Of a stretch of DNA of 64,000 bases, positions 9,566-20,800 are shown one piece after another. The stretch is from Phenylobacterium sp. (lineage in GTDB: Bacteria; Pseudomonadota; Alphaproteobacteria; Caulobacterales; Caulobacteraceae), in assembly GCF_016793285.1 (NCBI RefSeq), contig NZ_JAEUMO010000128.1, forward strand, positions 3-64,002, read 5' to 3'. The notes beneath the pieces were generated by a model that was not told where the DNA came from, did no database searches, and worked only from the letters and a program-made list of their open reading frames with translations. The position numbers and the translations under genes are program-made. Numbering within the stretch: position 1 is the stretch's first letter; every line of letters starts with the position of its first letter.

Positions 9566-10168
9566 GGCGTCGTCACTACGCCAGGTAGAGTAGAGCTTTC
9601 GGGCCGCCCCCGTGGCCCGGAGCTCCCCCGACGGAGTGCCCCGGGCCGATCCACACCGAGTCAAAAAAGGGGGGTGCTTCGGTGCGAACGACGAATCGAT
9701 AGCACAACCTACGGCAGCGCCAGCATAAAAAGTCGGCCTCCCGACGGACTCGTGTGGACGACCCGGTAACAAACGCGGCGCGCCGAGGTCCTTCGGCGGC
9801 CGTCGGCGGCCGGGATTCGCAGGGCCGCCGGCATCCGGCGCCTGCGGGGTCGCGCCTGAGGATCCCCCGCGGCCGCGCGTAGGACTTTGGTCGTAGGACT
9901 TCCGTCCCATACCGGCGTGCGGCGCCCGGTGCTACCGCTCACGCTGCGCCGCGCGCGGCCCGGCGGGGGTGGACGAGTGCCGAGCTTTCAGCCTGCAGAG
10001 CCGCGAGCGACCCGCCGTCGGGCGCGCCTTGCACGGCGCGGCCGCGTGCAAAGCCGCCCGCCTCGCGGCATCGGCGCGAATCCACGTCGCAAAATACCTG
10101 TGGGTGTGCTTTCGATTGACGATCCGCGCTCAGGGGCGGGCCGGTTACTTGGCGCTGGGCGGCAAGAC

Positions 10169-11875
10169 GTGACAGGTCGGGTGTTGAAACTGGTCGGCCA
10201 GGCGCTTCTGGCCGCCTGGGTCTGGGTTGGGCCGGACCTCGCGATGGCGCAGGTTTCGCCCCCTGCCCGCGGCGGCGCCGTCGCGCCCAGCCGCCAGGAC
10301 CTGAACCCCGAGGCCCGCCGCGGCGCGCGGCCGCCGTCGCGGGACTCCGACCTCTTCTCCGCGCCGGCCCCGCTGCCCTGCCCGCTCGCGAGTTCGGCGC
10401 TGACGTTCCGTCTGCAGGGCGTCGACGTGGTCGGCAGCTCCATCGCGCCCGAGGATGCGCGCGCGGCCTATGCCCGCCTGGTCGGGACGGAGATCCCGGT
10501 GGCCAGGATCTGCGAGATCCGCGACCGGCTCTCGCTGATCCTGTTCCGCAAGGGCCGGCTGGCCCGCGTCGAGATCCCCGAGCAGACGATCTCGGGCGGC
10601 CGGCTGCGGATCGAGGTCACCGAGGCGCGCATCGTCGCCGTCCGCGTCCGCGGCGACATCGGCCCAGCCCAGGACCGCGTCGAGGCCTACCTGGACAAGC
10701 TGCGCGGCATGACCCCCTTCGATCTCGACACCGCCCAGCGCTACCTGCTGCTGGCCAACGACGTGCCGCGGGTGCGCGTCTCGGCGGCGCTGCGGCCTTC
10801 GGCCGAGGGCCAGGGCGCGATCGACCTGGAGGTCCAGTTGTCGCGCGACCCGGCGAACTACCTGGTCGCCGGCCAGAACACCGGCTCGGAGTCGCTGGGC
10901 CCCTGGAGCGTGCTCGGCCGCGCCGACTTCAACGCCTACACCCGGTACGGCGAGCGCACGACGCTGATCGCCTACCGCACCGTCACCGACAACGAACAGT
11001 GGATCGCCCAGGTCGTCGAGGAGGCGCGCGTCGGGTCCAGCGGCCTCTCGGGCCGCGTGTCCATGGCCTACGGCCGGTCCCGCCCCGGTGGAGGGCTGGC
11101 GGAACTGAAATTGCAGGGCGTGTCCTTCGTTGGGACAGCCGAGGCGCGCTATCCGTTGATCAGGCTTCGCCGCTACAGCGTCTATGCCTCGGCGGGCGTG
11201 GACGTCGTGAGCCAGAAGACGTCGTTCCCCGGCGGCGACGTGCTGGCCGACGACCAGTTGCGCGTGGCCTGGGCGCGGCTGAGCGGCGAGTTCACCCACG
11301 GCCTCGGCCCCCGGCTGGGCATGGCCGCCAACGGCAGCCTCGAGACCCGCAAGGGCTTTTCCGCGCTGGGCGGCAGCAAGGCCGGCGACCAGGGCCTGTC
11401 GCGCATCCAGGGCCTGCCCGACGCCTGGCTGGTCCGCGCCGAGGGCGAGGGCCACCTCGTTCACCGCTGGTTCGACCTGGGCGTCCGCACCCAGGCGCAA
11501 TGGGCCGACAAGCCGACGCTGGCCTACGAGGAACTGGCGGTCGGGGATCTCACGATCGGACGCGGCTACGAGCCGGCCGTCCTCTCCGGCGACCGTGCCG
11601 TGAGCGGGGAGGTGAAGCTTCAGGTCCGTCCCCAGCGTATCGTAAACGGGGTCACGCTTTCGCCCTTCGCCTTTGCGGACGCGAGCTACATCAAGAACCT
11701 GGACGTAGGATCGGAGAAGCGCGTGCTGCGCTCGGCCGGCGCCGGCCTCGAGGCCCGGCTGCCGTATGGCGTGCGCGCTCAGGTCGAGTGGGCGCGCCCC
11801 TTCGACAAGCCGTTCCCGAACGCGCCGAACAAGCCTGCCGACCGGATCCTCTTCCAGTTGCTGGTGGCGGGCTAG
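10169..11875 (+). CDS. two-partner secretion outer-membrane transporter (TpsB; ShlB/FhaC/HecB family)
   Basis: This lies in ORF 9887..11875. The Arg-rich 5' extension is discarded. A signal-like segment (LKLVGQALLAAWVWVGPDLAMA) is followed by a POTRA-like segment (LTFRLQGVDVVGSS...GRLRIEVTEARIVAVRVRGD) and a long beta-barrel-like C-terminal half. The start (GTG 10169, GTG 10181 or TTG 10184) is uncertain. The stop lies 3 nt before the tpsA ATG. Confidence 0.85.
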   Translation: MTGRVLKLVGQALLAAWVWVGPDLAMAQVSPPARGGAVAPSRQDLNPEARRGARPPSRDSDLFSAPAPLPCPLASSALTFRLQGVDVVGSSIAPEDARAAYARLVGTEIPVARICEIRDRLSLILFRKGRLARVEIPEQTISGGRLRIEVTEARIVAVRVRGDIGPAQDRVEAYLDKLRGMTPFDLDTAQRYLLLANDVPRVRVSAALRPSAEGQGAIDLEVQLSRDPANYLVAGQNTGSESLGPWSVLGRADFNAYTRYGERTTLIAYRTVTDNEQWIAQVVEEARVGSSGLSGRVSMAYGRSRPGGGLAELKLQGVSFVGTAEARYPLIRLRRYSVYASAGVDVVSQKTSFPGGDVLADDQLRVAWARLSGEFTHGLGPRLGMAANGSLETRKGFSALGGSKAGDQGLSRIQGLPDAWLVRAEGEGHLVHRWFDLGVRTQAQWADKPTLAYEELAVGDLTIGRGYEPAVLSGDRAVSGEVKLQVRPQRIVNGVTLSPFAFADASYIKNLDVGSEKRVLRSAGAGLEARLPYGVRAQVEWARPFDKPFPNAPNKPADRILFQLLVAG

Positions 11876-11878
11876 CCG

Positions 11879-14800
11879 ATGACCGCGCGCGCCATCGCCT
11901 CCGCCGACCGCAGCCGCCGGGCGCGCCTCCTCGGCGGCTCGGCCCTGGGCGGCGCAGCAGCCCTGCTGCTGGCGGCGACGGCGCAGGCCCAGACGCTGCC
12001 GACGATCCCCGACGCCTCGGCGATCACGGTGGCCACGGGCGGGACGCAGCCCACGATCACGGCGCCCGACGCCAACAGCCTCGACGTCGACCTGAAGGCG
12101 ACCCGCACGGTCATCAACTGGGACAGCTTCCACGTCAGCGCCGCCGACAAGGTGACGTTCCACTTCGGCGCGACCTCGGACATCGTGCTCAACAAGTCGC
12201 CGACCCAGGTGAAGGTGGACGCGGGCGGCCAGGTGGCTGGCCTCGTCGGCGCCGATCCCGGCGGCGCCATCTGGTTCTACTCGCCGCAGGGCGTGGTGAT
12301 CTCGCCCGGCGCGGTGATGAGCGCCGGCAACTTCGTCTTCGCGCGCGGCGACGCCATCGTCGACATGGCGTTCGTCGACGCGGCCGCCCCGCTCTCGGTG
12401 CTGCGCAGCGCGTCGGACTCGCTGATCAGGATCGACACCATCACCTCGGCGACGAGCGCCTCGATCAACGACGAAGGCGAACTGGTGCTGAGCGCCACGG
12501 CCGGCGACCTGGCCGCCGAGACCGTGCTCGCCGCCAAGGGCGCGACGGTCACCACCGCCGCGGGCGGGATCAACATCGGCGAGGTGACCGCTGGCGAGAT
12601 GGCCAGCGTCACCGCGACCGGCGGCGACATCGCCCTGACCTCGCTGAACGGCGGAACGGGCGCCGGCGCCTCGGGCGGGGCCGTCACCGTGGCCTCGGCG
12701 TCGGCCAGCGGCGCAGGGGCCGACATCCAGATCACCGGCCTGACCAGCGCCAGCCTCGGCAGCGGCGCGGCCGGGCGGGACATCAAGGTCGCCGGTCCGG
12801 ACGCCAGCCTGGGTTCGGGCGCGGCGGGGCGCGATGCGTTCGTCACCGCGACCACCGGCGCGGCCACCGTGACGGGCTCGGTCTCGGCCGGCGACGACAT
12901 CGAGGTGACCGCCACGGCGGGCTCTGTCGTCGCGGGTAGCGGCAGCCTGACGTCCACGGGCGCCGGCGCGGACGGCGGCGAGGCGCATGTGCTGGCGCGC
13001 TCCACCGCCGGCAACGTCACGGTCGGCTCGGCCGCGACGCAGGGAACCGCGCCCGGCGCCACGGGCGACGTCACCGTCGACGCGGCGGCCGGGACCTCGA
13101 TTCTGACTGCGGGCGCCTCGACCCGGGACATCGCGGTGACCGGCGTGACGGCCACCCTGGGCTCCGGGGCGGCCGGCGGCGACGTGACCGTCACGGCCTC
13201 GGGCACGGCCAACGTCACGGGCGCGGTCTCGGCGGGCGACGACATCGAGATCACCGCGAACGGCGGCTCGGTGAACGCGTCGGGGGCCTCGCTCACCTCC
13301 ACGGGCGCCAACGCCGACAGCGACGCCCACGTCACGGTCCGCTCGCTCAGCGGTGCGGCGAACGTCGGCTTCGCGGCCACGCAGGGGACGGGCGGCGCGC
13401 GCGGCGACGTCCGCGTCGAGGCCACCAGCACCGCGACGCTGAGCGACGGCGGCGCGTCGCAGGACATCTTCGTGCTGGGTCCCTCGGCGGTCCTGGGCTC
13501 CGCCACCGCCAGCCGCAGCGTCTTCGTCACCGGCACGACCGGCAACGCCAGCGTGACAGGCGCGGTCACCGCCGGCGACGACATCGAGGTCACCACCACC
13601 GCGGGCTCGGTCAACGCCGCAGGCGGCACGCTGACCGCGACGGGCGCCGGCGCGAGCGACGACGCGCACATCCTGGCGAAGTCCGTGAGCGGCGCGGTCA
13701 ACGTAGGGTCCGCGACCACCCAGGGGACGGGCTCCAGGGCCGGCGACGTCATCCTCGAGAGCCCGACGGCCGCGAGCCTGGGCTCCGGCGGCTCGTCGCG
13801 CGACATCAGGATCTCGGGCCAGTCGGCGAGCCTCGGCTCGGCCGACGCGGCGCGCGACATCTTCGTCACCGCCACCAGCGGCAACGCCAGCGTCACCGGC
13901 GCGGTCACGGCCGGCGACGACATCGAGGTCACCGCCGGCTCGGGCTCGGTCACCGCCGCCGGCGGCAGCCTGACCTCCACCGGCGTCGGGGCCGGCGACG
14001 ACGCCCATGTGCTCGCCAGGTCGACCGGCGGCTTCGTGGATGTCGGCTCGGCGGCGACGCAGGGGACCGGCGCGGCGCTGGGCGACGTCACCGTCGACGC
14101 CGCCACCACCGCGACGCTGGGCTCGGGCGCCGCCTCGCGCGACGTCAACGTCCTGGGCCCCGCCGCGTCCCTCGGCGGGGGCTCGGCCGGACGGCACGTC
14201 TTCGTCACCGCCACCACCGGCAACGCCGCCGTCACCGGCTCGGTCACGGCAGGCAACGACATCGAAGTGACCTCCGGCGCCGGCGATGTCACCGCCGCGG
14301 GCGGCAGCCTGACCTCCACCGGCGTCGGGGCGGGCGATGACGCCCACGTCCTGGCCAGGTCCGCGAGCGGCGCCGTGATCGTCGGCGCGGCGGCCACCCA
14401 GGGGACCGGCGCGGCGCTCGGCGACGTGACGATCGAGAGCACGACGACGGCGACCCTGGGCTCGGGCGCCTCGTCCCGCGACATCAAGGTCACCGCCCCG
14501 ACCGCCAGCCTGGGCTCCGCCAACGCGGCGCGGGACGTGTTCGTCACCGCGACCTCCGGGACGGCCAGCGTCACGGGCGCGGTGACGGCCGGCGACGACA
14601 TCGAGATCACCGCGACCACGGGCGCGGTCACCGCCGGCGGCGGCAGCCTGACGTCGACCGGCGTCGGGGCGAGCGACGACGCCCACGTCCTGGCGAAGTC
14701 CGCGAGCGGCGCGGTCACAGTGGGCTCGGCGACCACTCAGGGAAGCGGCGCGGCGCTCGGCGACGTCACCGTGGACGCAGCGACCACCGCGACCGTCACC

Positions 14801-17800
14801 GGCACGTTGCGCTCGACGCAGGACGTCGTCGTCCAGGCGGCCGGCCAGGTGCAGGCCGCGGCGTCCACGATGATCGCGGGCCGCGACGCCGCGGTCCGCA
14901 GCGCCAACGCCAGCGTGGCCGTCGGCACGATCCGCGCCGGCGACGACATCGCGCTCCGGGCGCTCAACGGCTCGATCATGGGCGGCGGCGACCTGCGCGC
15001 CGGCACGACGCAGGGGACCAGCGACCCGTCCGGGGCGGCCGACACCCTGGCGGGCGCGACGCTCGCCGGGCACGACATCGACATCCGGGCCCCGGCGGTC
15101 ACCGTCACCGGCGACGTGGCCGCGGGGCGCACGGCCGGCGACGGCGAGAGCCTGGACCCGGTCCAACTGGACTCCGACGTCTTCGTCACCGTCACCGCCG
15201 CCGACCCCTCGCCGGCGGTCGCGGCGCTGCGGCTCTCGACGGGCAACAACAGCGCCGTCTCCGCCCACCGCGACATCGTGCTGACGAGCGAGGGCGCGGT
15301 CGCCGCGACGCTGCAGACCGGCGACGTGTTCGCCGGCCGCGACGTGGCCGTCCACGCGCCCAACGGCGCCATCTCGATGCGCTCGGCCAGGGCCGGCGAC
15401 GACGTCGTGCTGCGCGCGCCGAACGGCATGGTCGAGGTGATCGGCGACGTACAGGCCGGCCGCGACCTGGCGGGCCAGCCCACCACCGACGCCAACGGCG
15501 CCGGCGACGACCTCAACACCGCCCTGCCCTTCGTGGACTTCGACGGCAACCTGGGCACGGTGTTCAAGGTCGTCGGCTTCGACGTGAGCATCACCGGCCA
15601 GGCCGTGCGCATCACCGGTACGACGGTCGCGGGCCGCCAGCCCAGCACCGACGATCCGGACACCGCCGGCGCCGTCGACAACTCGACGTCGGACGTGCGG
15701 ATCGAGACGCGGACGCCGATGACGCCGGTCATCGGCCTCGCGCCCAGCATCGAGCTGGGCGGCGTCATCGCCACGCGCGACATCCAGATCGACTCGGCGA
15801 AGGCGGTGACCGCCGGCGACCTCAAGGCCGGCCGCGACATCGCGATCCTCGGGCGCGGCGGCGTGACCCCCGGCGCGGCGCCCAACGACCACAGCGGCTC
15901 GGGCGTGACCCTCGGCTCGGCGCGCGCGGGCGACGACGTGCTGGCCTTCAGCGTCTATGGCCGCACCAGTATCGTGGGCGGCGCGACCTCCGGCTCGCCG
16001 TTCCCGCGCCTGCCGGTGAACCTCGACCGCGTGACCGACGGCGCGACCGAAGCGGCCGACCAGCTCGCCATCTACCTGCATTACCTGAACCTCGACGAAG
16101 AGAGCGCGCCGCTGCTGGCGCAAGGCGCCCTGCTGCGTCTCGTGGGCCAGGGCGTCACCGTGGGCGGTCCGCTCACGGCGATGGGCGCGACCTCGGACGT
16201 CCGCATCCGCTCGACCCTCGACATCGACGTGAGCGGCGCCACCCACGCCGGGCGCTGGGCGATGTTCTCCACCGATGCGGGCGGCGGCGCGCTGAAGGTC
16301 GGCGCGGTGACGGCCGCGCGCGATGTCCTCCTCGACGGCGCGACCGGCGTCGAGGCCACCGGAACCCTCACCTCCAGCGGCAGCGACGTGGCCGTGCGCT
16401 CGCGCGGCGGCGGTCAGGTGAAGCTCGCCGGGATCTCGGCGGGCGACGACATCGTGGTGCGCACGGCCGGCGCGGTGATCGTCGATGGCGCTGTCGGCGC
16501 CGGCGGCGCGGGCGACAGCACGGGCCTGGGCGACGACCTGCGGATCAGCGACGGGGCGGTCACGCTCGAGGGTGTGACCTTCGACCTGACCGGCCACGAC
16601 ATCGACATCACCGCCGCCTCGGTGACGACCACCGGCTCGATGAGCGCCTTGGGCGGCAGCTCCGACGTGCGGATCCAGTCCACGGGCGTCCTCAACCTCG
16701 GGGACCTGGGCGCCGGGCGCGACGTGCTGGTGGACGGCGCGACGACGGTCTCGACCGGCGTGCTGACCGCCGGCCGCGACGTGGGCGTCCGCTCGACCGG
16801 CGCGAACAGCGCCGTCACCGTCGGCGGCGCCGCCGCCGGCGACGACGTGGTCATCCGCGCCGGCGGCGCGATCAACGTCACCGGCCCGCTGGGCAACGGC
16901 GCCGGCAGCGACTCCGCCGACGCGGACCAGGCCGGCGACCTGATGTTCGCCGTCGCGAAGTCCAGACTCGGGGGCGACTTCGACCTTGCGGGTCGGAACG
17001 TCGATGTCCGCTCCAGCGGCGGCGCGATCCTGGCCACCGGCGCCGTGGACGCCGCCGACGACGCGCGCTTCCAGACCGGGAGCGCCGGCTCGGTGAAGGT
17101 CGGGGCGGTGACCGCCGGCCGCGACGTGCTGCTCGACGGAGCGGGCGTGGAAGCCACCGACACGCTCACCTCCATTGGCGGCGACGTGGCGGTGCGCAGC
17201 CGCAATGGGGGCCAGGTCAGGCTGGCGGGCGTCCTGGCCGGCGACGACCTGGTCGTGCGCACATCCGGCGCCGTGACCCTCGGCGGCGCCGTCGCGACCG
17301 GAGGCGGGGCCGACGCCGCGGGCCTGGGCGACACCCTGCTGGCGCTGGAAGGCGCCATCGTCCTCGAAGGCCAGAGCTTCGACCTGACGGGCGCCGACAT
17401 CGACATCGCCGCCGGCTCGGTCACCGCCGCCGCCCTGCTCCGGGCCAACGGGTCCGCGTCGGACGCGCGCATCCGGGCGGGCGGCGCCGCCAGCCTCGCC
17501 AACGTCACCGCCGGCCGAGACGTGCTCGTCGACGGCGGCGCGGCGATCACGACCGGCGTGCTGACGGCGGCCCGCGACGTGGGCGTGCGCTCGACCGGCG
17601 ACGGCGCAATGGTGACGGTCGGCTCCGCCGTCGCCGGCGACGACGTCGTGGTCCGCGCCAGGGGCGCCATCCGCGTCACGGGCGCCCTCACGGCCGGCGC
17701 CGGAGCGGACTCCGCCGACACCGACCAGGCCGGCGATCTCATGTTCGGCGTCGCCAGGACACGGCTCGCCGGCGACTTCGACCTGACCGGCGGCAACGTC

Positions 17801-20800
17801 GACCTCCGCTCGGGCGCGGGCTCGATCGACGTCAGCGGCGCGGTGACGGCCGCCACCGACGCCCGTTTCCAGACCGAGGGAGCCGCCGGCGCCGGCGTGA
17901 AGGTCGGCAACGTCACCGCCGGCCGCGACGTCCTGCTGGACGGCAGCGCCGCGTCCGGCTCCAGCGGCGTGGAGTCCACCGGCACGCTGATGGCGACGAC
18001 CGGCGACGTCGCCGTCCGCGCCCGCAACGGCAGCAACATCCGCCTGAAGGCCGTCACCGCCGGCGACGACGTGGCCATGCGCACCACCGGCGCCCTCACG
18101 ACCGAGGGCACGGTCTCGACCCTCGGCGCCGCCTCGACCCTCGGCGTCGCCGACCGGCTCACCGACGCGGCCGAAGCCGGCCGGCTGCAGGTGGGCGGCG
18201 TGGCGTTCGACCTCGCCAGCTCCGACATCGACGTGGTGGGCGGCCAGGTGAACATCTTCCGCAGCGCCGCCCGGGGCAGCGCGCGCGTCAAGGCCGGCGC
18301 CGTCGCGATGAACGGCGGCGCCGCGGTCGGCATCGACATCCTGATCGACAGCGAAATCTCGCTGACCGTGGGCGATCTCACGGCCGCGGGCGACATCGCG
18401 CTGCGCTCGCGCAGCGGCAGCCTGACGGTGGGGAGCCTCGTCGCCGGCGACGACATCGTCCTGCGCGGCGCGACGGGCGTGACCGCCGTCTCGCTGAAGT
18501 CCGGCGGCCTGGAGCGCATCGGCGTCGGCGACCAGATGTACCTCTCCGATCCCACCCTGCTGGGCGGCGAACTCAGCCTGATGGGCGGGACGATCGACGT
18601 GCGGTCGGGCGGCGGCGCGATCTCGATCGGCTCGGCCGATTCGGCGGGCGACGTGCGGGTGCAGGCGGCGAGCGGCGACGTGACCCTTTCGGGCCTGATC
18701 GTCGCCGGCCGGGACATCTTCGCGGACGGCGGCTCGGTGAACGCGACCGGCAGCCTCACCGCGGGCGGCGACGTGGCGCTCTACGCGCGGACCGGCCTGG
18801 TCAGCGTCGGATCCGTCACGGCCGGCGACGATCTGGTGATCCGGGCCGCAGGCGACGTGACCACGACGGGCGAACTGAAGTCGGGCCAGGGCGCCGACGT
18901 GGAGGGGCTCGCAGATCGCCTCGTCACCCTCACCGGCCCGACGTCGATCTTCGGCGTGGAGACCACCGCCGCGGGCGGCGTCATCGACATCAGCGGCGCG
19001 AACATCCGCCTGGGCGGTGTCATCAATGCCGCCGGCGAGAGCGCCCACCTGCGCCTGAAGTCCAGCGGCGTGACCACCCTGGGCGACGCGACCCTGACCG
19101 GCGACATCGCCATCGACTCCGTCGGCGACGTGACCGCCGGGGCTCTGACCGCCGGCCGCGACCTGGCGGTGCGTTCGTCGGACGGGAGCGTCGCGCTTGC
19201 CTCCGGCGCGGCAGGCGACGACATCGTGCTGCGCGCGGCGCGCTCGATCACCGTGACCGGCGCGCTCAGCGTGGGCCAGGGCGCCGACGGCCAGGGCTTC
19301 GGCGACGTGCTCTTCGACCTCGCGCGGACCAACCTCGGCGGCGACTTCGCGCTGGGCGGCCGGAACATCGACATCCTCTCGGCCTCGGGCGACGTGACGG
19401 CCGGCGCGATCACCGCGCCCGACGACATCCGCATCCAGGCGGCGAACGGCCGGGTAACCGCCGCCGATGTCGACGCCGGCCGCGACGTTCTGCTGGACGG
19501 CGGCGGCGTCAGCGCCGGCGCGGTGCAGGCCGGCGGCGACCTCGCCGTCCGCGCCACGAACGGCGCGCTGACCCTGGGCTCGGCGCGGGCCGGCGACGAC
19601 CTGGTCGTCCGCGCGCGAGGCGACATCACCGTCACCGGCGCGCTCACCGCCGGCGGCGGCGCGAACGGCGCCGGCGCGGGGGACCGCCTCGCGGCCATGG
19701 ACGGCGAGGCGACCGACCTCGGCGGGGCCAACATCGACATCCGGTCCGCGACGGGCGGCGTCTCGGCGCAGGGCTCGCTCACTGCGGCGGACGACATCCG
19801 CCTGCGCGCCGCCGGCGCCGTCAGCAACACCGGCCGGGTCGAGGCGGGCCGGGACGTGCACCTCCTGGCCGCCAGCGTCGCCATCGGCGGCGAACTGCGC
19901 GCCGGCCGCGACGCCGTCCTCGACTCCACCGGCGCCGTGGCGATCACCGGCCGGGTCGCGGCGGGCCGCGACGCGCTGCTGCGGGCCGAAGGCGATGTCG
20001 CCGCCGCCGGCGAGGTCGAAGCGGGCCGCGACGTCATGCTGGACGGCGCCTCGGTCAGCGCCGGCACGGTGCGCGCCGGCCGCGACGTGGCCGCGCGCGG
20101 GCGCACCGGCTCGCTGACGCTGGGTTCGATCGGCGCGGGCGACGATGTGGTGCTGCGCGCCGCGCAAGGGATCACCGTCACCGGCCAGGTCACGGCGCAG
20201 GGCGGCGCCGACGGCGAGGGCGTGGCCGACGCGCTGTTCGCGGCCGAGCGCACGACGCTGGGCGGCGACTTCGACCTCGCCGGCGCCAACGTCGACATCC
20301 GCGGCGGCGCCATCAACGTCACGGGTTCCGCCCTCGCGGGCCGTGACGCCCGTTTCCAGACGAGGGGCGACGGCGCGCTCAGCCTGAACGCAGTCACCGC
20401 GGGCGGCGACATCTTGGCCGACGGCCGCTCGGTCACCGCCACAGGCCAGCTCTCCGCCGGCCGCGACGTGGCGGTCCGGGCCCGCGCCGGCGGCGTGGAC
20501 CTGGCCTCGGTCACCGCCGGCGACGACATCGCCATCCGCGCTGCGGGAGCCGTGCGGGCGTCCGGCGCGCTGACGTCCGGCGCCGGCGCCAACGCCGATG
20601 GGGCCGCCGACCGCCTGATCTCGGCCGGCGAGGGCGGCGCGATCATGCGCCTCGTCGATCCGCTGGCCACGACCGCGGTCGTCCAGGGCTTCACGCTCGC
20701 GGCCGGCGATATCGACATCCGGAGCGGCGAGGCGATCTCGCTCGCCGGCAGCGTCGGCGCGGCCAACATCCGGCTGCAGGCCGCAACGAAGATCACCCTG

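Noticed and set aside
9684-9745. tmRNA (ssrA) gene, suggested by the tag-like frame ANDESIAQPTAAPA-stop followed by a hairpin.
   Set aside because: I could find no tRNA-like part (no GGTTCGA-type T-arm, no acceptor stem ending in ACCA) on either strand of 9566-10168. Alphaproteobacterial ssrA is circularly permuted, with the acceptor piece about 200 nt upstream of the tag. Here that position would fall inside the well-supported SDR gene ending at 9565. The tag also lacks the usual (L/V)AA end. I kept it only as a structural observation; a tmRNA finder should be run to be sure.
7892-9910. Track ORFs taken at face value as very long proteins. These are 7892..9910 (672 aa), 5566..7041 (491 aa), 34188..35711 (507 aa), 35934..38183 (749 aa), 56210..58600 (796 aa), 53201..54316 (371 aa), 41886..43271 (461 aa), 20863..25044, 23973..25322 and 25797..28220.
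   Set aside because: In each case only the C-terminal part has a recognisable family sequence with its own ATG/GTG and plausible SD. The 5' extension is Arg/Gly/Pro-rich junk that overlaps a well-supported neighbouring gene in another frame. I trimmed them to the internal starts listed in the features.
10020-10110. c-di-GMP-I (GEMM) riboswitch upstream of the adhesin-like operon, prompted by GUGCAAAGCC resembling the conserved ACGCAAAGCC segment.
   Set aside because: The partner GGGCAAACC segment and the tetraloop/receptor arrangement are not present. The match is a single short motif in GC-rich sequence.
12887-18250. Regularly spaced repeats that could be mistaken for a CRISPR-like or non-coding tandem array.
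   Set aside because: The periods (339 and ~800 nt) are multiples of three. The repeats lie inside one continuous reading frame with conserved amino-acid motifs, and the units are diverged. They are protein repeats, not repeat-spacer arrays.
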